Shown here: positions 12,808 to 25,234 of the stretch, piece by piece | Layout of the letters: the number at the start of each line of letters is the position of its first letter | Numbering within the stretch: position 1 is the first letter of the stretch | NCBI GenBank assembly: GCA_951406725.2 | Contig: OX597816.1 | Location: forward strand, 147,994,001-148,058,000 | From: Octopus vulgaris | Lineage: Eukaryota | Reading direction: 5' to 3' | Length of the DNA: 64,000 nt | Program-made: the position numbers and the translations under genes | Notes under the pieces: generated by a model | Databases searched by the model: none | What the model saw: only the letters and a program-made list of their open reading frames with translations | What the model was told of the DNA's origin: nothing

Positions 12808-13370
12808 TAGTTTTATTTTTATAGCGTGCTTTCACTTCAATACCGAGCGCAGCTCTGTGTGCCTTGGGTATGTGCTGTGATTTGTTGTGATGCTCCGATG
12901 GTTATTGTATGGAAAGTGTTCTGCGTAGGATGTGTGCAGTGCCTAGTAGTGCAATTTTCTGTATGTTATATGTGTTTGTAAGTCCTGGTGTTTTTGTTAT
13001 GTATTTGTCTGAATATTTTTTTATCATGCCTAATGCACCTACTATGATAGGAATTGTTTCTGTTTTTTAGATTCCACATTCTACTTACCTCTATTTCTAG
13101 GTCTTTGTATTTTGAGAGTTTCTCCATTTCTTTTAGAGACACGTAGTCATCAGCCGGTATTCATGATCTCTGACAACTATATCTGGTCTGTTGGCCTTAA
13201 TTTCTCTATCTGTGTGTATCGGCATGTCCCAGCGTATGGTTGCTTTCTCGTTTTCTGTGAGCTTTTCTGGTGTGTGCCTATACCATCTTTTTTCTGTCGT
13301 TATTCCATAATGTTGGCATAGCTTCCAATGTATGTAGGTTCCAACTCTGTCATGTCTGTGAATATATTCC
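12804..13370 (-). mobile_element. 3' fragment of a second Dong/R4-type LINE family
   Basis: The minus strand encodes RLE C-terminal motifs ([25 protein letters not shown]). Its 3'UTR ends at a TAA array. Same family as 18268 and 28318. Confidence 0.85.
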
Positions 13371-13406
13371 TTCTTCTTCTTCTTCTTCTTATTATTATTC
13401 TTCTTC

Positions 13407-13474
<68 letters not shown>

Positions 13475-13794
13475 TCCATTTATTACTAAAAAGTATTATT
13501 AAATGTTTCGTTTCAACTTTTTGTCTTGTACTTGAAATAATCAAGAATATGTGAGTGTTGAAGGGAACGGTAGGGGGAAGAATAGCAGCTTTGTGAATTA
13601 ACCAAATTCTACGGCATATTTGTGAGTAGGTCAGCAATGGACATTCTTGTGCGATAAGGAGACAAACGAGGCCTCGTACCCTTTGGGTCAGCAGAGGATA
13701 AATTTGTTTACTACTAATAGCGATCAATTAGATCGCTGACCTAGGCCTAGAAAGGAAGCAATTCAATGAATATTGTGAGTAAAGGGGTTAAAAA

Positions 13795-14090
13795 TTCACC
13801 AAGTACTCCGAATTTAAAGTGGTAACTGCAAGACTGCATGGAATGCGAGAGGATAAAGTAAAAGTGATACGAGTGGTGACTGGAGTGTTGGGCTCAATCC
13901 CATTGAAACTTCAAAACTTCTTGAAGCAACTGGAAATCCCATGCAAGATTGATGTCTTGCAAAAAGCAGGCTTATTTGGCATAGCGCACATCTTAAGGAA
14001 AGTATTATAAGTTTGAGGTCCTTCTTGTAACTTGACAGATGACTAAAGACTCCGGGGCATTTTATCTACACTGTGTTACGAAGGAATAAT
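13795..14090 (+). mobile_element. 3' fragment of another RLE-type LINE family
   Basis: VKVIRVVTGVLGSIP..LQKAGLFGIAHILRKVL is the typical R4/Dong C-terminus. Confidence 0.7.
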
Positions 14091-14092
14091 AT

Positions 14093-14383
14093 TCCATGGG
14101 CTACAGTAAATATTCTGCTTAATACCACATATTAAGATCAAGCAACTTGTAAGTTGTTTGATTTTAACCAGTAGAGCATGTCCCTTAGTGGCTGACGATC
14201 TGTGCATCCCTGATCACAAGCAGCAGTAGTGAGAGAGCATCATAGCCATATGTTGAGAGGAATTCTTTGGGGTTTGAATAATTCACCTTTGGAAATATGG
14301 GTGTTTTGTTCAACATCCTTAAACAACCCTTATTCAGGGATCTTTTGAACGGGATCGGCTACCCAACCTGAAGAATATTCTAA
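14093..14383 (+). repeat. Unclassified interspersed repeat (family X), internal part
   Basis: Homologous to 17583-18003 (reverse strand) and 32412-32645. Confidence 0.7.
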
Positions 14384-14443
14384 AAGATATGAGCTCACCA
14401 TGTCGCGCAGATGTGGTTATAATAATAATAATAATAATAATAA

Positions 14444-14474
<31 letters not shown>

Positions 14475-14550
14475 AAGAAGAAGAAGAAGAAGAAGAAGAA
14501 GAAAATGATAATAATAATAATAATTATTATTATTTTTATTATTATTAATA

Positions 14551-14586
<36 letters not shown>

Positions 14587-14715
14587 TATGTTTGACTTTT
14601 GCTTTATATTTGTACAAGTTGGCTCCAAGTCTCACCTAGAGACCTCAAGAGACAATAGGGTTGGAAGTTCATGTTGTTGTTATGCCTAGTGTGCCATATA
14701 TTTGGGGGGTGGGGA

Positions 14716-14761
<46 letters not shown>

Positions 14762-15190
14762 TTGTTTGACTTTTGCTTTACATTTGTGCAATATTGCTCC
14801 AAGTCTCAGCCAGAGACCTCAGGAGACAAGTTGGAAGTTCATATTGGTGTTATGCCTAGGGTGCCATATATTTGGTTTTGTACATAGTGTTATTCTTGAG
14901 AATATTTAAGAAACCATAAGAAAATGTGTTTGTTTTAAAATTTGAGATTACACAGGAAGTATTTTGCGTAGGATATGAGCACTATCTTTTTAATTTCTGC
15001 CATTTTAGGGTTTCCTGGTATCTGAGCTAGGTAGCAATCAGCCCATTTTGCTATCATCCCCAGGGCATTGTTTTAGTCTTCAGGTTCCACATTTTGCTCA
15101 TTTCTATTTCAAGATCTTTCTATTTGTTCAGTTTTTGGTAGGTATTGACAGATAATTTATATCGATTGGAACAGTCATATCAATGAGGTG
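14587..15190 (-). mobile_element. Two stacked 3' fragments of a further Dong-type LINE family separated by (ATT)n
   Basis: The 3'UTR tgtttgacttttgcttta...ccaagtctca...gagacctc occurs twice (14587, 14762). RLE coding remnant at 14950-15190. Confidence 0.75.
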
Positions 15191-15204
15191 TTATGATTTT
15201 TATA

Positions 15205-15258
<54 letters not shown>

Positions 15259-15277
15259 TATTATTATTATTATTATG

Positions 15278-15330
<53 letters not shown>

Positions 15331-15369
15331 TTTAGATGAAGTTAAATGTATGTCCCGTCACCAAGTCAA

Positions 15370-15897
15370 CAATGGCTTTGCATCCATAAGCGCCTAGCTT
15401 AATAGACGACTCTTTTAGACTACAATGACCGTTAGTATATGACCTCTTTCAGCAGGAGGTATAAAACTGTTATGGCCAGTTAATTTGTAAACAAAAGAAT
15501 AATATACACTGTCTAGGCCTTAAACAGCGACGGTTTATCGTCCTTAGAGCAGTCCGCTCAGCAAATCCTATGCACCAAAGGGCGAACGTAGGGTCTCCGC
15601 TCTTAGGTTGGTTCCGATCGGCAAATGCTTTCTCACAGCTCTAATCGACGAGACAAACCTAAGGGTAGGGATTCCACGTTTATCCTTAGCTCCATAACAT
15701 TTACAGACCGGACTGATTTAAGGGTGACAACCCGTCCTGTTTAAGGCTCAGACAGTATATATCATTCTTTTGTTTACAAATTAACTGGCTGTAACGGTTT
15801 TCTAACTTCAGGTTGAGGAGAGGTTATATGCCCGCGACCACTGGGATTTGACGAATCGTCTATAAAAGTAAGCGCTTCATGGATGCGAAATCATTGG
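15370..15897. mobile_element. Old foldback/MITE, palindromic over ~530 bp
   Basis: gccagttaatttgtaaacaaaagaat pairs with attcttttgtttacaaattaactggc. gcatccataagcgc pairs with gcgcttcatggatgc. An inner cttaggtt/aacctaag pair is also present. Confidence 0.75.
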
Positions 15898-16847
15898 TCA
15901 CTCTTAAATTACTCTTACAATATGAAAATTTCAGGACAAAGTCAAAGATAAGGATTACTCAAAAGAGTTTAGTGGAACATGTAGGCAAACAAATAAAGTT
16001 TTACTAGAAATATTAGAACACCTAACAAAGTATTGCATTGACTATATTCACCCTGCTATAAAGATAAAAAAAACACCCAGAAAACTACATTGCAGCCAAT
16101 AATAACACAGTACTAGTAATATGTTGCAAAAGTGCCATCATTAAACCTCCTTCATCATAATGCCACACATTGCTACCAAGTCCCTGACAAATTACCAGAT
16201 GAATAAGAATATCAACGTATTTTCTATTGCAAATTTTTTTAATCAAAAAGCATAAAACGCAAACAAACGGCGAGGATTTTACATATTCATTCGGTCCGAT
16301 CCAATTGGCAGCAAATTATCCCTCAAGTACAATTTACAGTCTCCAAAATGAATAGAGACACTGAATAACGTTGATCTAGACACGCAGTATCCTTTAGAAT
16401 GTTCAGGTGGTCATATATTGGACCACAATCAGACATGACACAGAACAGCACGCATACAGACTACATTTATTGATGTCATATACAAGAAAGCAAAATTTCT
16501 AAAAATGAAAAATCCCGATTTTCGGCGTGTGAGGTGACGGTGTCCGTCCATACAACGAGTTTCAACACTCAATGATACTACATTAAATGATACTACTTCC
16601 AAACAATCAGATCATTAGTGCTACTATATACCCAAACAGTATTTCTTCAGACAAAAATAAAACGCACAGATGCCCAAACACATCATTAACTGCATCAATA
16701 GCATCATTAGCTGCAAGTACTCTGCTGACATTGTACACCATCAATAACAAGAATTGAGGAAATAACTGCAGATGTAACTAATACAAGTGTAGAACTGCAA
16801 CTGTTATGTTCCGGCCGTATTAGACGGAGGTATGTTGGCAACAAAAA

Positions 16848-16910
<63 letters not shown>

Positions 16911-17582
16911 CATATATATATGCCCAGCCTAGATATTTAGTCGACTCTGCTATGGTACTACACACAGGTGGTCATAAGATACACAACAACATATAACCCA
17001 AAATTAGATGTTAAAAAATATAGTACTTTCAAGGAAAAAGTCTTACACAGATATTATCATAAATATTAGAATGCTAATTCTTGAAACTTATCACACGTAA
17101 AGTGCAACGTATCCTGGTAACAAACTCAACTAACGGATTGCTGAAACAATAACAGAGTTAACAAAGTTCATAACTGATGATTATAGCATGCTTAGACGAC
17201 AACTTTTGATTCTTGACTAAAATAAAATAGCACTGTCAACAGCTGGGTGAATGTTAGTCGTGGATCCCGATGTCTTATGTTTTTATCAGAAACTTCTTGT
17301 GTGTATAGTATTTCGTACGTTATACAGACATGTGAATATGCAAAATTCTGCTTTCTCACAAATGTTCCACTGTGAAGCAGTTTCTAACAATGAGACTTCC
17401 AAGCAATTTTAGGAGCCAGGGTGTAGTTTGGTTGTTGTATGTAAGGCACAATATTTATAGAAATGGCTAAGATTTTATTAGTGAGCTCCTCTCGGTGTAT
17501 GAATTGAGTACCTTAGAAATGGATGTCACTTTCCTAGTAATTTTCGTATTGAAATCGAAAAATATTATTATAATTATTATTA

Positions 17583-18003
17583 TTGAGTGAGAGAGCAATG
17601 CACACCATCAAAGTGACACGGGGGCAAAAATACGAATACCAGTATAATCATCGTGACTACCTGTCTAATAGGGGTACACCAGGTACACGAAACAAAACCA
17701 TATGTGCGTCACATAGTGATTTCGTTTCAAGATAAACAGCACAGTACCTTGCAGGTGGGGCCCAGTTAGAATTTTTTTCAGGTTGAGTAGTCCCTGAAAA
17801 GTGTTTGTTTAAGGATGTTGAACGAAATACCCATGTTTTCAGAGGAGAATTACTCAAATTATAAAGAATTTCTCTCAACACATGGCTATGATGCTGCCCC
17901 ACTATTTGTGATCAGAGATGCGCATATTGTCAGCACCAAGGGATATGCTCAAGTGGTTAAGGTCAAACAACTGACAAGCAAATTTGTGGTATTCAGCAGA
18001 ATA
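17583..18003 (-). repeat. Family X repeat, 3' portion ending at a TAA tract
   Basis: Overlaps 14093-14383 in sequence. Terminus gctctctcactc-aataataa. Confidence 0.7.
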
Positions 18004-18032
18004 TCATTATTATTATTGTTGTTGTTATCCCA

Positions 18033-18210
18033 CTGGACGAAATGCATTGCGGTATTTCGCCCGTCGCTACGTCTGAGTTCAAATTCCGCCGAGGTCGACT
18101 TTGTCTTACATCCGCCTCCAAAGCTGCCACCCTTGTGGCAAAATTTGAAACCATATAAGACGGCGAGCTGACAAAATCGTTAGCACGGCGGACGAAATGC
18201 TAAGTGGTAT
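18033..18210 (+). mobile_element. SINE family 2 fragments
   Basis: gagttcaaattccgccgaggtcgactttg, followed by a second head ggcgagctgacaaaatcgttagcac. Confidence 0.7.
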
Positions 18211-18211
18211 G

Positions 18212-18267
<56 letters not shown>

Positions 18268-18271
<4 letters not shown>

Positions 18272-18732
18272 TAGTTTTATTTTTATAACGTGCTTTCACT
18301 TCATTACAAAGCGCAACTCTGTGTGCCTTGGGTATGTACTGTGGTTTGCTGTGATGCGCTTATGGTTACTGTATTGAAAATGTTTTGCGTAGGATGTGTG
18401 CAGTGCCTAGTAGTGCAATTTTTTGTATGTTATATATATTTGTAAGTCCTGGTGTTTTTGATATGTATTTGTCTGAATGCCTAATGCGCCCAAATATTTT
18501 TTATCATACCTAATGCGCCCACTCTGATAGGAATTGTTTCTGCTTTTAGATTCCACATTCGAGTAACTTCTATTTCCAGGTCTTTGTATTTTGAAAGTTT
18601 CTCGATTTCTTTTACAGAAACATTGTCATCTGCTGGTATTGATACATCAATTAGAAAGCACTTTTTTTTCTTCATGATCTCTGACAAGTATAGCTTGCCT
18701 ATTGGTCTTAATTTCTTTATCTGTGCATTGGC
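18268..18732 (-). mobile_element. 3' fragment of the second Dong/R4-type LINE family, within (ATT)n
   Basis: [53 protein letters not shown] (PD-D/ExK endonuclease end). Confidence 0.9.
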
Positions 18733-18749
18733 TATTATTATTATTATTA

Positions 18750-18811
<62 letters not shown>

Positions 18812-19281
18812 GCAACTCTATTTGAAAGCCTAATGTATTTTGCGTAATGCATTTAGTCTCCAAAATGTGCTGGATTTCTGTTGCGTCAGATGTTCTCCGG
18901 TGGACAGAATTATGATTGAAGTTAGGCATTGTTATTAAGCTAACGCTCTACTTTGGCATTAGAAATATTATAAAACGATATTTTTTTTTAATTTAAAGAT
19001 AGGATAGATAAATGATTTCAAGGAAAGTAAACAAAATACATTAGTAAATCACGAACTTTAAGCTGCATAAACATAAGCTGATAATTTCGTACGTCCTAGT
19101 TGCACACTATTAAACAGATAACTGAGGAGTTGCGGCTTTGTATGAGTATTCATTATTTCGTTGGCAATGCGTTTGCTACTAATACACTTTCTTGTGTATA
19201 TGAAACTTATTTGGTATTTTCCATTTGATATTGTTTATTTACTTACGGATGTATTTTCATGTCATTAATATTGCATACATA

Positions 19282-19660
19282 GGCGTAGGAGTGGCTGTGT
19301 GGTAAGTAGCTGGCTTACTAACCACATGGCTCCGGGTTCAGTCTTCTACTATAGCCCCGGGCCGACCAAAGCCTTGTGAGTGGATTTGGTAGACGGAAAC
19401 TGAAAAAATCCCGACGTATATATGTATATATATTTATGTCTGTGTCTGTGTGTGTATGTGTGTGTTTGTATGTGTGTTTGTCCCCCCAACATTGCTTGAC
19501 AACCGATGCTGGCGTGTTTACGTCCCCGTAACTTAGCGGTTCGGCAAAGAGACTGATAGAATAAGTACTAGGCTTACAAAGAATAAGTCCTGGGGTTGAT
19601 TTGCTCGACTAAAAGCGGTGCTCCAGCATGGCCACAGTCACATGACTGAAACAAGTAAAA

Positions 19661-19662
<2 letters not shown>
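19282..19662 (+). mobile_element. SINE family 3 (tRNA head, internal TG/TA microsatellite, GTAAAAGA tail)
   Basis: A-box tggctgtgtggt, B-box gggttcagtc, conserved body and tail. Confidence 0.9.
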
Positions 19663-19711
<49 letters not shown>

Positions 19712-20744
19712 CTTATTACCGGCATAATTCAGATCCTTGTCCAGCCTCCCTTTATATGTACATACATGTGCATATACATGTAAATAGATACACGCACATA
19801 TACATGCATACATATACATAATTACATACATACATACATGCATGCATACATATATACATTCATGCAGTCATACATTTATGCATTCATACATACATACATA
19901 CATACATACATACATACATACATACATACATACATACATACATACATACATACATACGTACATACATACATGTAACCTGTGGATTTAAAGTTTCTTTTGT
20001 ATGAGCAGTATGCATACTATGTATACAAGTTTATATGCGTATCACTGCGCGTACCGTTTTGAAAACGCTTGTCAAACAGTAGGTTTGTCTGTGTGTTCAT
20101 ATAAGCTTCGGTATTTATACAAAGTTTCGATAGAAAACTAGCATTTCTATGTAACTGTTTTCGTTTATATCTATGAATAGTCCTTTAAGTGTGTATATAG
20201 CTTTATCTGTCTATAAGAGGACATTTGTAAGAATGTATGTGTGTGTATATGTGTGTATGTATGTATGAATATATGTTTGTATGTATGGATAGATTATGTA
20301 TGTATGTATGTATGTATGTATGGGGAACATTCATTATATACAAAAGGTGTACGATTTTTGTATGATCTTTTTGTTCTTCTTTGGTTGCAGTATATACGTA
20401 GCCTTCTTATTTGAAGTTGAGTGAATATGTATGTAAGGGCGATATTTGTCCGCATAGTAGTACGGACGTGTGCACAGTGTAGATGTCCGTTTGTGAATAA
20501 CACACACACAAAAAAAAACACAAGGAAGATTTTCTACAAATGATAATAGATGCCCAGTAATGTGGAGACACAGCCTTTACACTTTGGTTCTAAAGAAATG
20601 TTTTTCCTATTTCTGACTCGGCTAAACATTTCTTTTGTGTAGCGCCATGTTTAACAGTTTCCTGCTCGTGTCGTTGAATTAATGGGAAGATGAATTTAAA
20701 CAGGGGAAATGCATTGAATAGCGAAAATTCAGACGACTCTACCA

Positions 20745-20774
20745 CTGTTGCTGCTGCCGCCGCTGCTGCTGCTG

Positions 20775-20847
<73 letters not shown>

Positions 20848-20848
20848 A
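20745..20848. repeat. (GCT)n/(ACT)n trinucleotide microsatellite
   Basis: Direct reading. Confidence 0.95.
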
Positions 20849-20968
20849 GCTTCATCGATTTCGAAAAATACATTGAATACGTACACTTAACTACAGAAAA
20901 TTCTCTAAAGGAAATAGAACTACGATCACCTACACCACTACTACTGTTAATAATAATAATACTAATTC

Positions 20969-21330
20969 GAAGAAGAAGAAGAAGAAGAAGAAGAAGAAGA
21001 AGAAGGGGGAGAAGAAGGGGAGAAGGGGAATGGGAAAGAGAAGGGGGAGGAATGGGGGAGAGGGAGAGAAGGGAAAGGAAGAGGAGGAGGTGGATGAAGG
21101 GGACGAAGAGATGGGGAGAGGAAGAGGGCAGGAGGGCAGGGGAGGAAGGCAGGAGAGGAGGACAGGAGAGGTGGAGGGAAGAGAAGGGGGAGAGAGAAGA
21201 GCAACAACAAGAACAAAAAGAAGAAGAAGAACAAGAACAAGAACAAGAAGAACAATAAGAAGAAGAACAACAACAACAACAAGTGAGAAGCTGGAAAAAG
21301 GGTGGCGATAAGGAGAAGGAGGAGCAGGAT
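20969..21330. repeat. Polypurine (GAA)n/GA-rich low-complexity tract
   Basis: About 360 bp that is almost entirely A/G on the + strand. Confidence 0.9.
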
Positions 21331-24300
21331 GGTTTTTCTTTAATGATACTATTTCTGAAATTGACTAATTCTGACAAAGTCCTCATATTTCAAAGTAAAG
21401 TATATTCTACTATATTTAGCGCAGTATATTACTTTCTTGTCACCAACAGAAAGTCGAAATGCAATATCGAAAGCCGCCCAATTTCAATGCAGACCCACAT
21501 AGATACAAGTTTATAAGATTATCTCACTAACTACTTCCATGTAATACTAATGACCCTTCCATATCACCTATGAATACTACTTCGATTATTGATAACAACA
21601 ACCTTTTTGTTTTTCTTATTCTCCACAAGAATTCATACATGCTATAAAGCACTATAAAACGTGTAGGGTGTACAAGAAGGGCCATATGCACATCATGCAA
21701 AGGACGAGTGTTCTGAAAATCATAGCATCTGAGGCTTGTAGTTATTGTTGCAGCGACTGCAATTTTTCTTTCTGCTTTGGATTCCTGCGCAAAACTACCA
21801 GACATGCACTCAATCTATTCACGTCGACGACTGTCACAGCAGTTATAATGCATAGGAGAGGCGGAAACGCGTGATAAATACCAACAATAACATTTCTAGA
21901 ATGGTCTTGTAGGATTTGGCGGACTCATAATATGTTTAATAAAGCCCTACGCGATTATACGTGATTCATTTTGATCGCAGCATTTTTTAACATTCCATAC
22001 TGTACCACGATAAAAGAAAAGCCGAAGCTGACCGTCATTGTCAATATCTGGGATGTTGACCCTCATCCTCATGTGTCCTGGATTCACATGTTTCCTGCTA
22101 AAAGTGAATCAGCAAGTCAACAGGGAGTATAAAACAAAAACGGCTACACAAAAACTGTTTGATTTACTGCAAATTGATGAATGAAACACGTTATACACAC
22201 CGCACAGAAAAAAAAATTACGAAAAGCCTCAACAAAAGAAAAAATCAAGGAAAACAACAGATGACGAAAAATACAAAACATTAGCTCTATAAATAGTAAA
22301 ACACTACAGAATCTACCACACAAAAATCAAACAAGTTATAAATCCCAAAAAGAGCTATCAGCGAAATATAATTGAAATACGAAATTACTATAAAACCATA
22401 CAATTTGGTGTGAGACAGTCAAACAAATACATAATGACAGATAAAATATACACTTGACTCGACATTTTACAGCAAACAGTATTAGCCGCATATCAGCATA
22501 TAAACAAAAAAAAAGTAAACATAGAGGAAGATCTAACAGGAATGCTCAAGGGGATAGAAGACAACACAATCGATGAACATGGTTTTAACGTAAACATTTA
22601 CCAAAGTTATACTGGAACAAGAAACTTCATGAAAGAATAAAATCAAAATAATATTGTTAGAAAATATACTTCTTAGAACTGAAACAAAACGGAAGAAAAC
22701 TATCTTTAGTTAGTGAAATGAAAAAAAGAGGACCCTAACAGACAAAAAGAGAAAAATATTGAAGAGAAGCTAACTAAAAAAAATATAATGACCGCGCTCG
22801 GAGGAAAATAGAAACGTATCGGTAACAGTATCTAAATTAAGTCGTTGCGATAAACATTGTTGTTTATTGTCGAACAAGTTATTCGAATCAATACTGAAAG
22901 ATTTAACAAATGATGTATATTAGAAAGACTCCACATAAAATAACTTTAGTACTAATAAATACATCAAACGTACCATGTAAATGTGAAAAACAACCATTTA
23001 CTACAAGGCAAAGAGAAGACACTAGAATGGTCTCTCGAAAACAACATATTACTCTGAACACTGATTATTTTCAGTGTTCTATTTGAAAAGGGATTGTTTT
23101 CCGAAATATTATAGGATCATTAAACAAAACTCCTTATGTAAGATTTATACAATATTTTTTTCTCTTTTTGTTCCCATTGACTCCTTGTGAAATATTTTGT
23201 TTAACTCTTTACCGGTATTGTTGAAATATTTTTACAAGCATTTAATTTAGTTATACATACTGCGACGCTTCATGTAAATTATAATACTCTTTTAAAGATA
23301 GCGTAATTATAATTAATCCTATAGTCACTGCATTTTTCTGTCTAAATCTAATGCCATTCAGAAATTATCGGACTAGAAACACCAGGATACTACAGGCAAA
23401 ATGTTAATCATAACCGCTTTATGGATAACTTCAAAATATTCACAAGGGATAATACGCAGATGAAAAACTTTATAGAACGTGTTCATATATGTAGCGAATG
23501 AGTTAGGCAAACTAGCAAAGCCCAAGTTTTAGATGTAGATGAATATGACAAGCTACGAGATACATAACTAAAAGCAAAAATTAGAAAGGCCACAATGTAG
23601 AAAATAAGATTTCAATTATAAATACACTAGTTATCCCGGCTCGAAACTTCAGTTTCAGCATAACAAGATAGAAATTGAGAATTTATTTTAAAAATTAATT
23701 TCAGTTTTTAAAAGAAATTTTCATAGGGGCAGCTAAGGAAATATTTGTTGGTCATCATCAGAAAAGCGTAATCTATAGAAACTGGCTCTGATCAGTAAGG
23801 ATTAGATATTAAGTATAGGAAAAGCATCACAAAGAATTTTGGATGGTATAATCTATGCAATTAAAACATAAAATCACCTAACTGAAATAATTCAAATGGG
23901 CGAAACGGTAGGAATTGAGATAAACAAGTTAATGGTGATGTGACGAATGTCGAACGCTGACCATTCTCAACTAACTGAAGTTTGCCACTTAAACGAAAAA
24001 TAAAGTTATAATAACCTGACTATAAAATTGGGTATCTCTCAAAGAAAAGATGAGTAAATTTAAGAATTTAAGAATTTCCCCAAAACAAATTTACATGAGA
24101 AAGATCTGATCTTTCATTGTATATACAACACGACGTGTATACCACACGCTGATAAGATTCTATAATAGCAAAAGTTGTACATAATTATTTCCTATACAGC
24201 TCAAACTGGCCTGCTAAGTTCAGTCGAACCTCAGATGAAATTCTTGAAGACACTGGTGGTGGTGGTGGTGGTGGTGATGTTGATGTTGACGATGATGGTA

Positions 24301-24595
24301 AGATGATGAAGGTGAGGAGGACGTGGAGAAGGAGAAAATAATAATGAAAATAAATTCTTTATTAGCATGCAGTTTGAGGACTGTACGGGAAGTTACAATA
24401 CAGTATATTATGTAATATTATGTGGAGCTGTAAAGTTCGTTCTAGCTACAATGTGTTTGTGTAAAAGACATGGTGGCCATGAATGGACAGCCTTTGGTCA
24501 TGCATATATTCAGACAGGGCTAACGTTTAAGTAAACAACAATAACTATTACTCAATTCTCATCGATACTGAAAGAAAGAAAGAAAGAAAGAAGGA

Positions 24596-24651
<56 letters not shown>

Positions 24652-25234
24652 ATGATAGAAAGAACAGCAAAATTGATTTCCGCAGGATTTGAACATGTAA
24701 TATATAGCAACGAAACTAAACATTGCAAGGAGTTTTGTCCGGCACTTTAACGATTCTGAAGAAGTAGAAGAGTAACGAGATAAATAAAACAAACAATAGC
24801 AATAATAAATTCTGACCTCTTGGCACGAATGAATCACTGAACAATTAAATGATATATTGTGCAGCAGAGATCATTGCGAGAATGAATAACAGAACGCTGG
24901 AGAATTCTATGCTTGAAGCACCCAAACAAAAGCAATGCAGCTGATAATTTCAGACAAATATATTCCTTATCAGTGGTGTGGAAGTCTTTCACAGGAACTG
25001 TAGCAGATAAAAGTTTCAGATATCTACAATTACAGGGTGTATTTTTATCAATACAGATATTATCGTTTGACAAGTAAATTATACGTGCATATGATAATCA
25101 CCAATGAATATTCGGGTGTATAATACGGATACAACAACAACAATAATAATTATTACTATTTCTATAAATAATAAAAATGATATTAATAATGATGATGATG
25201 ATTATTAGGAGGAGGAGGAGGAGGAGGAGGAGGA

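Noticed and set aside
15950-17230. Possible Penelope RT/GIY-YIG relic (similar hints at 22140-23700, 55550-56450 and 60480-61000)
   Set aside because: Only faint motif echoes, too decayed to call without a profile search.
20844-21386. 180-aa Ser/Pro/Leu/Cys-rich ORF
   Set aside because: It is the antisense reading of a polypurine low-complexity tract.
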